Positions 20,554 through 28,798 of a DNA stretch of 64,000 bases are shown one piece after another. The first letter of the stretch is position 1. Every line of letters begins with the position of its first letter. Origin of the DNA: Spirochaetia bacterium (lineage in GTDB: Bacteria; Spirochaetota; Spirochaetia; WTKD01; G963693115); NCBI GenBank assembly GCA_965226055.1, contig CBDDCA010000004.1:152695-216694 (forward strand). The letters are read 5' to 3'. The translations under genes were made by a program, and so were the position numbers. The notes beneath the pieces were generated by a model that was not told the origin of the DNA, searched no databases, and saw only the letters and a list, made by a program, of their open reading frames with translations.

Positions 20554-20748
20554 ATGTTTAAATTTATGTTTAATATCTTTAAATGGGGTACAGCCCCAAA
20601 TGAAGAACAGTCGCCTCCAGCAAATCCGACTACTCTAGATACTGAGCAGTATAGAAAGTATTCAGAATCCATGCAAGAGATACAAAGAGAAATTGCAGTT
20701 GCGAATTCAAAAACATTAAATGAGAAAAGGAGAAAAAAGAATGAATAA
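20554..20748 (+). CDS. small hypothetical protein
   Basis: 64-aa ORF with an AGGA SD; plausible composition. Confidence 0.45.
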   Translation: MFKFMFNIFKWGTAPNEEQSPPANPTTLDTEQYRKYSESMQEIQREIAVANSKTLNEKRRKKNE

Positions 20749-20889
20749 TTTAGATAAGGGTCAATTTTTATTAGATGCATCTACTTGTTTGATAGATATA
20801 TTTAATAGGAATAAAGTAGTTTCATCTTAATATGATGAAAGATATATATTTCTTTAAAAGCATGGTAGTATAATTTGAAAATTCAATAT

Positions 20890-21393
20890 CTACATACACA
20901 ACTCTTCGTATTCTAGCTGCTGGGATGAATGTGTTGCTTCAATGGGAGTTTTGAATATAGTTTGTGTAAACACCTGTTGCCAGTGCAGTATTTTTGCTGT
21001 TTCTTTTGTTTTTTGTCTAAACAATGTGAGTGTTGCTTCGTATGTATCGCTAAGTTCATATATAAAGTATAAGTATATTTCGTATAGTTTTGATTGAGAG
21101 AAATAGGTATTGTTATATGCGGTATGTACTGCATCAATAGTATATAACAGACTGAGAAGATGCTGTACATGGTAGTCTATTTCTGACATATGTATAGCCT
21201 CTGTGTCGGTATGTGTTAAGAGTGTTTGTATGTGTGTACATAATTCAATAGCGGTATGTACAGAGTCAATTTGTTTTTTTATGTTATAGGCCTTAGTTTC
21301 TTGCATATCTTCTTGTATATCTATAGTGAAATATTGAGTCCTTTTCGTGTGTTTGGCATAGTCTTGCTGGTAGTCCGTACTACTTCTTTCCAT
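20890..21393 (-). CDS. hypothetical helical protein downstream of fliS (start more likely ATG 21306)
   Basis: Co-oriented with fliS; the long form overlaps fliS by 73 nt. Confidence 0.6.
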   Translation of the reverse strand: MERSSTDYQQDYAKHTKRTQYFTIDIQEDMQETKAYNIKKQIDSVHTAIELCTHIQTLLTHTDTEAIHMSEIDYHVQHLLSLLYTIDAVHTAYNNTYFSQSKLYEIYLYFIYELSDTYEATLTLFRQKTKETAKILHWQQVFTQTIFKTPIEATHSSQQLEYEELCM

Positions 21394-21761
21394 GCTTCTA
21401 GTAGTTCTTTTAAGCAGTGAATAATAGGAATGATTCTTTTGCTATCTTTAGTAAAGTTTGCTTCTCGTAGCTCTTGATTAAAATAAAGATATAAATTATG
21501 TAGGTTATCATACAATGAGCTACTTGCATTTTTGTTGAGAGAGAGCATAAGCTCGGTAATAAGTGCTTGAGATTTAGTGAGGAGATTGTTTACTGTATCA
21601 AACGATTTATGTTTTTCTTTTTCTAGTAATGCTACTGCTTGTTCTAAAAAAGTTATAGTTTCTTCATACATGGTAATGATTAAAGTGCCACTATCCGCAG
21701 TTTTTAGATCTATTTCTTTATACATTTTTGCTAATTCGTATTGTTCTTGATTCTGATTCAT
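21321..21761 (-). CDS. fliS: flagellin export chaperone FliS
   Basis: Y...TA...LI.MYE, KSQALITELMLSLN, NLHNLYLYF, ELLEAWKEV. Confidence 0.93.
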   Translation of the reverse strand: MNQNQEQYELAKMYKEIDLKTADSGTLIITMYEETITFLEQAVALLEKEKHKSFDTVNNLLTKSQALITELMLSLNKNASSSLYDNLHNLYLYFNQELREANFTKDSKRIIPIIHCLKELLEAWKEVVRTTSKTMPNTRKGLNISL

Positions 21762-21807
21762 ATGCTATGTCCTGTACTAATTATGCTTGTAAGTAGTAAT
21801 ATATATA

Positions 21808-21834
21808 GTATCGGCTTTCATACACAAAAGTTTA
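21808..21834 (-). promoter_or_regulatory. sigma28 (FliA) promoter for fliS
   Basis: Minus strand TAAA-N15-GCCGATAC, near-perfect consensus. Confidence 0.85.
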
Positions 21835-21851
21835 TATATTTTGCATTTCTT

Positions 21852-23516
21852 CTATGTACCCGTTTTGTTATTTTTGTCTATTTGCTGTAAAAATAAATAG
21901 GCTTGCTCTTTTGCTTGTGCACTAAACATAGCACTCCCATTCATGGTAGAGCAGCCATGTTGTTTTGCTTCTCGGAGAAATTTTGTTTCTGGGGGAGTAT
22001 AGATAATATCATAGACGGTTTCTTTGCCCGAAAAATGATATGCAGGAAGAGGGGATATATCTTTTGTCATGCCAACGCTCGTGGTTTGTACGATAATATC
22101 TGCGTTCCATTGTTTCATTGTTGCATAATCTTGCAGCAAACAGTAAGATATAGGATAAGGAGAGAAGTGCTGTGCTATTATTTTTGCGTTATCAATGCTT
22201 CTGTTTGCTATGAGGATATTTGCTCCACAGAGCTGTAACGCATAAGCTACTGACTTTGCTGATCCTCCTGCTCCTATAATGAGGCACGATATATCTTTAA
22301 GTGCATTATGGTAATTATCAATACTGAGAGGCGATGTGTGTTCTTTATAGGGGATATGGAGTGTTTTCAGTAATGGATGTAAAAAACCAAATACATCAGT
22401 ATTGTATCCTTTCCATTCTTTTTGTGTACAGAGTACTGTGTTGCAAGATGCACATGCTTGCACTACTTGATTGCTATATTTCAAGGTACTGATAATAGTA
22501 CTTTTATGAGGTACTGTTACCGATAAGCCTTGTATGTTCATATATTCTGCTATGTTCTGTATATGTGTGATAGTATCGCTGTGGAGGTGAATATACACTG
22601 CTTTTTTATTCTTTTTTTGAAATAAGGCATTGAAATACTGGGGCGATTTTGAATGGAGTACAGGGTCGCCTATGACTGCAAATACAGGAATATTGTTATT
22701 AGTGTTCAGTTGTAGTTCATGATAACGATACATGGTATCAAGCTGATATGCTGAGATTTGTCCTAGTGTTTGTGTAAGTGTTGAGGATGAGTCTGTAGAG
22801 TCAGGCACATCTGGACTACAGTAGGTCCACAACGATGAACTAAGATAACTGAGAATACGAGCAGCTTGTCCAAAACTTCCCATAGGAATGAGGATATACT
22901 CATGTGCGTCTTTTTGTAATTCATTACTCGCTATGAGGTATTGGTGAAAATCTGCACTACTGTTACAGTGTATTGCATATTTGATAATAGCAAAAGGGTA
23001 TTTGTTTGCATAATATCGTAGAGTGTGTATAAGTTCTTCGGCAGAAAAGGAGGGGGAAGCATTGTCTTTTTCATGATGCGTTTGTTTTTTTGCAGAGTGA
23101 GGTGTAAATACATGCTGTGAAAGAATAATACGACAAGTGCTGTTATGTGCTATAGATGTTTCATGTGCAGCAAGTATAAATGAGGTATTTTCTTGCTTGG
23201 TGCTATCTTGTAATTCTATATCAACATACTCAAATAAGGATGCTTGTATTATCTTTATGAGTATATCTTGTTTTTGTAATGGACTATTGTTATTACTGTC
23301 GTTATTACTCCAATGCCCACCATCGTAGTGTTCACGAATGGTACATATACCTGGTAATGAGAGCTGTTGTTTCCATTGTTCTATATTGTTCCAATGCAGC
23401 TCATTTTTATCAAGAAAATCGACTCGTAACTCAAATAAATCAGCATAATTTTGATTTATTTGCAATAAATGATTATTTTTTTCAAAAGTAGTAGCATTTA
23501 AGCAGACACATATCAT
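21852..23516 (-). CDS. aroDE: bifunctional type I 3-dehydroquinate dehydratase / shikimate dehydrogenase (AroDE)
   Basis: ELRVDF, ICTIR...GG, YVDIE, SQH, IIKYA; then GDPVLHSKSP, SVTVPHK, NTD, GAGGSAK, NRS, DIIYTP. Confidence 0.93.
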   Translation of the reverse strand: MICVCLNATTFEKNNHLLQINQNYADLFELRVDFLDKNELHWNNIEQWKQQLSLPGICTIREHYDGGHWSNNDSNNNSPLQKQDILIKIIQASLFEYVDIELQDSTKQENTSFILAAHETSIAHNSTCRIILSQHVFTPHSAKKQTHHEKDNASPSFSAEELIHTLRYYANKYPFAIIKYAIHCNSSADFHQYLIASNELQKDAHEYILIPMGSFGQAARILSYLSSSLWTYCSPDVPDSTDSSSTLTQTLGQISAYQLDTMYRYHELQLNTNNNIPVFAVIGDPVLHSKSPQYFNALFQKKNKKAVYIHLHSDTITHIQNIAEYMNIQGLSVTVPHKSTIISTLKYSNQVVQACASCNTVLCTQKEWKGYNTDVFGFLHPLLKTLHIPYKEHTSPLSIDNYHNALKDISCLIIGAGGSAKSVAYALQLCGANILIANRSIDNAKIIAQHFSPYPISYCLLQDYATMKQWNADIIVQTTSVGMTKDISPLPAYHFSGKETVYDIIYTPPETKFLREAKQHGCSTMNGSAMFSAQAKEQAYLFLQQIDKNNKTGT

Positions 23517-23541
23517 ACTATCATTGTAGAATATAAAAAGA

Positions 23542-24816
23542 ATGAATGAAAGAGTATATTGTAATGAATTATATAAGTATGTAGGTACACAGGTATGTAT
23601 TGAAGGATGGGTACATAAGGTACGTGATTTAGGAGCAATAAGCTTTATTATTGTCCGCGATAGAACGGGCTTTGTACAGGTTGTGAGTGATACAGTTGCT
23701 TGTAAGGTGGAAAGCGTAGTTCGTATGACTGGGACTGTGCTAGAAAATGAGAAAGCCCCAGAAGGGGTAGAACTGCAGTTACAGGATATGAAACTGTTTT
23801 CAGAGCCTGCTGATGAGCTTCCTATTTCTGTGTCTTTGGAGTATGAAAAATATGGCCTTGAGGTATTGCTAAATCAACGGCATCTGTCTCTGCGAAACCC
23901 AAAGTTGCGTTCAATTTTTGAAGTGCAATCAGAGATTATCTATGCATTTTCGCAGTGTTTACGTGAAAAAGGATTTTATGAGATAAAGACAAGCAAAATT
24001 ATCAATAGTGGCACAGAAGGTGGTACGGGATTATTTGAAGTACAGTATTTTAATACCACTGTGTTTCTTTCTCAGTCCCCACAGTTCTATAAGCAAGCGG
24101 CAGTGGCTACAGGTTTAGAGAAAGTGTTTGAGGTAGGCGCTGCATATAGGGCAGAAAAACATGAAACAAACAGGCATCTCAATGAGTATGTTTCCCTTGA
24201 TTTAGAAATTGGATTTATAGAAAGTCTTGATGTATTGTTTTCAATAGAGAGAGACATTATGAGTTTCATAGCAGAACGCCTTTTAAGTGCCTGTGCTACT
24301 CAAATACAATTATGGGATGTTACTATTCCGAGTCCTGAGAGTTTTCAAAAAGCTCCTGCCTTGTCCTATGATGAAGTAAAAGAGATAGCGTCACAGCAGG
24401 TAGGGAAAAAGCTTATGGAAATTGATGGGATAGCAGAAAAAGCTATTTCGGATTGGGCAAAGAAAGAGCATGGTATTGCTGCAGTATTTATTTATGGGTA
24501 TCCTAGGAGAAAGCGTCCATTTTATACTATGCCCGATGATGCAAAAACAAAGAGTTTTGATTTTATCTTTAATGGAGTGGAACTCACTTCAGGAGGATTA
24601 CGTATTCATGATTATGCTATGTTATTAGAAAATGTAAAGCGTTTTGGAATGGATGCAAATACATTGCAAGATTATCTTTCTATTTTTAAGTATGGATGTC
24701 CTCCTCATGGGGGCTTGGCTATTGGCTTAGAACGATTGACACAGAAATTTCTTAATATAGATACAGTAAAACTTGCATCAATGTTTCCTCGCGATAGAAA
24801 CAGAGTAAGCCCATAG
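23542..24816 (+). CDS. aspS: aspartate--tRNA(Asp/Asn) ligase, short archaeal-type (non-discriminating-like)
   Basis: GWVHKVRDLG, EGG..LF, LSQSPQFYKQ, YRAEKHETNRHLNEY, PPHGGLAIGLERL, FPRD; 424 aa with no GAD insert. Confidence 0.9.
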   Translation: MNERVYCNELYKYVGTQVCIEGWVHKVRDLGAISFIIVRDRTGFVQVVSDTVACKVESVVRMTGTVLENEKAPEGVELQLQDMKLFSEPADELPISVSLEYEKYGLEVLLNQRHLSLRNPKLRSIFEVQSEIIYAFSQCLREKGFYEIKTSKIINSGTEGGTGLFEVQYFNTTVFLSQSPQFYKQAAVATGLEKVFEVGAAYRAEKHETNRHLNEYVSLDLEIGFIESLDVLFSIERDIMSFIAERLLSACATQIQLWDVTIPSPESFQKAPALSYDEVKEIASQQVGKKLMEIDGIAEKAISDWAKKEHGIAAVFIYGYPRRKRPFYTMPDDAKTKSFDFIFNGVELTSGGLRIHDYAMLLENVKRFGMDANTLQDYLSIFKYGCPPHGGLAIGLERLTQKFLNIDTVKLASMFPRDRNRVSP

Positions 24817-24840
24817 TGTAAAGGCTGGATTATATAGCAT

Positions 24841-25992
24841 ATGCAATCGCAGAAAAATATTGAACTTATGTTAGGGCATAGCCCCTCCTCTATTTGTTTT
24901 GTTCCATCGTTGCAAGAGCTATTTTCTATGCTTGTGTCTACTGATATGGTGGTGCTTGATAGGGCAATACAGGATAATTTTCCTTTTCAATCGTTATTGG
25001 ATGCTTCTCCTCATCTTGTGATGAATGGAGGTGAGCTAGTAAAAACACAGTCATCGGTACGAGAGATAACGGACGCTTTTTTTCAGCATACTCTGTTACG
25101 TACAAGTACTGTTACTGCAGTAGGAGGAGGAGCAATTTGTGATAGTGTTGCTTTTGCAGCTTCTCTGTACATGAGGGGGGTGGATTGTGTGCTAGTACCA
25201 ACGACATTGCTTGCTATGGTAGACGCATCGATTGGAGGAAAGACTGCAATAAATGCCTATCATCGTAAAAATATTATTGGGAGTTTTTATCCTCCTAAAA
25301 AAGTTATCATCTGTCCTGAATTTTTGTCTGCTTTGCCACAGCGTCATTATATAAGTGGTATTGCAGAAATTATAAAAGCAGGGATGTTGTATGATCCTGT
25401 TATTCTGAGTATGTTTGAAACACTAGTATCTCAAAGTGGCATTTTTAATGATAACAGAGAACATACAGACAACACAGACAAGGAACATACACATACCAAA
25501 GATATCTGTTCTTTGTTACGACAAGAATCTCATAGTGCGGTGTTACTTGAGCTTATTGAACGATCTGTTTTAGTCAAAAAAATGGTAGTAGAAACTGACT
25601 TTAAGGAACAGAATATTCGTTCTTTTCTTAATTTAGGCCATACCTTTGCTCATTCTATTGAAAGTAATGCACAAAAGAAAGGCTTGGATATGTTACACGG
25701 GGAGGCAGTAGGATTAGGGATACGAAGCGCTTTGAAATTAGGGGAACGCTTAGCCATGACAGAGAGTGCCTATGCAGGCAGGATATACGCCCTGCTTGAT
25801 GCTATAGGGTTTCTGAAAGAGTATACTGTATTTGATATGGACGATATTCTCTCTGCCATGAAACACGATAAGAAAGTAGATGCAAAAGGATTGCGTTTTA
25901 TACTACAAAAACAGCAAGGTGAGACCGAAATAGTATATGTAGAGGAAACTATAGTGAAAGAAGTACTTCTTTCTATGAATATCTCTTCTTAA
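24841..25992 (+). CDS. aroB: 3-dehydroquinate synthase
   Basis: GGGAICD, PTTLLAMVDASIGGKTA, KNIIGSF, LNLGHTFAH, HGEAV, DKK. Confidence 0.96.
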   Translation: MQSQKNIELMLGHSPSSICFVPSLQELFSMLVSTDMVVLDRAIQDNFPFQSLLDASPHLVMNGGELVKTQSSVREITDAFFQHTLLRTSTVTAVGGGAICDSVAFAASLYMRGVDCVLVPTTLLAMVDASIGGKTAINAYHRKNIIGSFYPPKKVIICPEFLSALPQRHYISGIAEIIKAGMLYDPVILSMFETLVSQSGIFNDNREHTDNTDKEHTHTKDICSLLRQESHSAVLLELIERSVLVKKMVVETDFKEQNIRSFLNLGHTFAHSIESNAQKKGLDMLHGEAVGLGIRSALKLGERLAMTESAYAGRIYALLDAIGFLKEYTVFDMDDILSAMKHDKKVDAKGLRFILQKQQGETEIVYVEETIVKEVLLSMNISS

Positions 25993-26066
25993 AAATAGAG
26001 CGATATATGAGTATTTATTGTAAACACACACAAATAGCATAGAAATAATAGTATAAAAATAACAGT

Positions 26067-27221
26067 ATGAAAGTATCAAACATAGCATTTATATCCCTGT
26101 ATCTTGTATGCACAGTGTTTTATAGCGTTGTAGGACAACAAGCATCGCAAAATCAAGATACAGCAGTAATTTCAGAACAAGGAAGAGAAGGTGCATCATC
26201 GCATGATGAAGCAGTATCAGTGGATGCTACGGGTACTGCTGTTGCGTATAGCCAGTTTCTTTTTAGTAGCAGTGGAGTTATAAACTCTCTTTCACAAACG
26301 GTAAATACGGTACTCTTAAAAGGAAATACTGTTTCATGGGATGTAGTTGCTAAAAAACGCTATGCGGCAGTAGTACAATCTTCAACATTGGATACTGCCA
26401 TTCGTTTGAATGTAGATGGCATAACAGTATACCGCGATCTATATCTTGGGGAACAAGCTGGGATTGTGTTTAGTCCCGTGCAAGACTCTACTGTACAATT
26501 AACAGCATTTGCTAACACAACATTTTTTTCTTATGATGCAGAAACATTTGATGGATCGTATGTTATGAAAGTATATGAGGTACAAGCAGAGCCTGATGTG
26601 ATAGAGCAGTTTCCTTACAATAGTAGCTCTCGTATAGATGAACAACATTCTCTTGCGTTACGCAAAGCAAGGGAGTATACTATTGCTTTACAACAGGATG
26701 TACGGGTATACATCCGTTTGTTTAGTGATGTGTTTGATCCTTTGCTTGAACTGTCTGATACATATGGAAGGAGCATTACATCAGATGACTGGCAAGGAGA
26801 TGAATCAATCATTACACTGCTCTCTCCTAAAACAGATGATTATTTTATCACTGTAAGTTCTTTTGATGGAAACCAAAGTGGTGCATATACATTGTTTGCT
26901 ACTACCAGTAATAATGAGATTTTCCTTGAAGAGAGTAGTACTATTTCACAGTCGGATACGCAATTACTATCGCAATATTACAAGGAATATAGCATTACTA
27001 TGGGCGAAAAAGATTTTCGAGCTCTTGATATACATGCTCTTGATGGGGATATTACCATTGCTTTTACCACTAAAGAAAAGCAGACTATTGTACAGTATGA
27101 TGTCGCAAAGAAACAGCGTTTATCTCTGCCGTTATTTGTCAGTAAAAGGGGAGAATATTTAATTGTACTGTTATCTTCTACTCCTGCCATTGTAAACTAT
27201 ACTCTGACAATATATAAGTGA
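26067..27221 (+). CDS. secreted beta-rich protein with PPC-like (pre-peptidase C-terminal) domains
   Basis: Signal peptide; SDVFDPLLEL..DD...ES.I..L....YFITVSSF....GAYTL pattern. Confidence 0.65.
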   Translation: MKVSNIAFISLYLVCTVFYSVVGQQASQNQDTAVISEQGREGASSHDEAVSVDATGTAVAYSQFLFSSSGVINSLSQTVNTVLLKGNTVSWDVVAKKRYAAVVQSSTLDTAIRLNVDGITVYRDLYLGEQAGIVFSPVQDSTVQLTAFANTTFFSYDAETFDGSYVMKVYEVQAEPDVIEQFPYNSSSRIDEQHSLALRKAREYTIALQQDVRVYIRLFSDVFDPLLELSDTYGRSITSDDWQGDESIITLLSPKTDDYFITVSSFDGNQSGAYTLFATTSNNEIFLEESSTISQSDTQLLSQYYKEYSITMGEKDFRALDIHALDGDITIAFTTKEKQTIVQYDVAKKQRLSLPLFVSKRGEYLIVLLSSTPAIVNYTLTIYK

Positions 27222-27301
27222 TAAATAATGATATAATAAATAGCATCGAGAGAATATATGTATCGCTATTGTAGTTGTATAGGATTGTATGTATATAAGG
27301 C

Positions 27302-28798
27302 TTATTTATAGTTTCGTGGGTTTATAGCATATTTATTGATACGCAATCCTAGTTGACGTTCTGTTAATTGTAAAAGTAGAGCTGCTTGCTTTATGTTTCC
27401 TCTTGAGCTTTTTAAGGCATCAATAATTAAGTCGGTTTCTACTTGGGAAATTTTTATATGAAAACTTTCTGTAGTATTGGTATTGGAGCTTTCTGCACTT
27501 TGTAAGCTAGGAGGAAGGAGGTGAGCATGAATGACCCCGCTTTCACACGATCTATAGGCATAGTTGATGACTTGTTGTAGTTCACTTACATTTCCAGGCC
27601 AATGGTACGAAGTCAATAAATTGATAGCAGGAGTAGAGATACGTTTGATATTTTTTTTGAATCGTTTGTTTTCATTGTTTAAGAAATGGTTCATAAAAAT
27701 TACAATATCATTTTTTCGTTTTCTCAGTGGAGGCACAGTAACCTTGTTTTTGATAAGCAAAGCATATAATTGTTCATCAATCAAAGCATTGTCTTTAAGG
27801 ACAGAAATAATATCAGAGCTAGTAAAAATACATCGAGTTTTTAGTGGTTCTATTGAATTATGAATAGCATATTCTTTATTGAATAGAATTTGTATAATAT
27901 GTTTTTGTAATACTAAGGGAAGTAATGTAAATTCTTCTATGATGAGAGTTGAATTTTGTGCTTGATGTAACGCTGTATTAAATTCCTGCTCTAGTTCTTT
28001 AGGAGATTTGTTATCGGATTTATAACAGTAATAGCTGATAGGAGCAAGTGTTTTTCGATTACTTGCGTAATGGATAGCATGTGCAAAAAAAGTCTTGCCA
28101 CTCCCTTCTTCTCCGTATATCAGAATATGAGTATCAAGTTTACTTATTTTGTATATTTCCATCTTAAAGTCTTTTATTATGCCTGAATTGCCTAGTAAAT
28201 TTTCTATTCTTAATTGAGAGTTTTCATGGGTAAGAAAAGGAGTTTCATCTATTGATTGTAATTTTGTAAGGCGTCTTACTACTGCTGGAGCAATAAGGAA
28301 AGAGAGTATTTTTAGCTTATTAGCAATGCCAAGCAATTTTGTCATACTTTGTTTTGGAGGAGTAATGCTGATAGTGCCAAGAATTTTTTGTTGATACAAT
28401 ATAGGGATACAAATAAATGCAAGCTGAGATAGCCGATTTCCACGTTGCTTTGTTTTTTCTAAAAAACGTTTTTCTTGAGATATATCAGGGATAATCATTA
28501 CTTGTTTTGATTGCACTACCTGTCCAATAATACCTTCTCCTGTTTTGTATTGTCCTTTCATTTTTTCTTCTGCTGAGAGACCATAGGAAGAATCGATATA
28601 AATTTCTTCTTTTTTTTGATCGTATATGGTGATAGCACCATCTTCAATCTCAAAGTAATCTGCGACAATCATAAAAATAGGATTGAGTGTATCTTCAAGG
28701 TTAATGTTGCTTTCCAATAAGTAACATATATCCATAAAGAGATTTAATTCTGTATTGTTGTCATCTGTTAAGGTTTCTTGAAAATTGTGTATTGTCAT
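27302..28798 (-). CDS. NifA-like GAF-AAA+-Fis HTH regulator with a degenerate AAA domain
   Basis: GAF (GEGIIGQV, FICIPI), GEEGSGKT, VPPLRKRK.DI, WPGNVSEL, HTH TERQLGLRINKY; no GAFTGA. Confidence 0.85.
   Translation of the reverse strand: MTIHNFQETLTDDNNTELNLFMDICYLLESNINLEDTLNPIFMIVADYFEIEDGAITIYDQKKEEIYIDSSYGLSAEEKMKGQYKTGEGIIGQVVQSKQVMIIPDISQEKRFLEKTKQRGNRLSQLAFICIPILYQQKILGTISITPPKQSMTKLLGIANKLKILSFLIAPAVVRRLTKLQSIDETPFLTHENSQLRIENLLGNSGIIKDFKMEIYKISKLDTHILIYGEEGSGKTFFAHAIHYASNRKTLAPISYYCYKSDNKSPKELEQEFNTALHQAQNSTLIIEEFTLLPLVLQKHIIQILFNKEYAIHNSIEPLKTRCIFTSSDIISVLKDNALIDEQLYALLIKNKVTVPPLRKRKNDIVIFMNHFLNNENKRFKKNIKRISTPAINLLTSYHWPGNVSELQQVINYAYRSCESGVIHAHLLPPSLQSAESSNTNTTESFHIKISQVETDLIIDALKSSRGNIKQAALLLQLTERQLGLRINKYAINPRNYK

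Noticed and set aside
27302-28798. Evidence of nitrogen fixation from the NifA-like gene
   Set aside because: No nif genes in the window and the activator lacks GAFTGA
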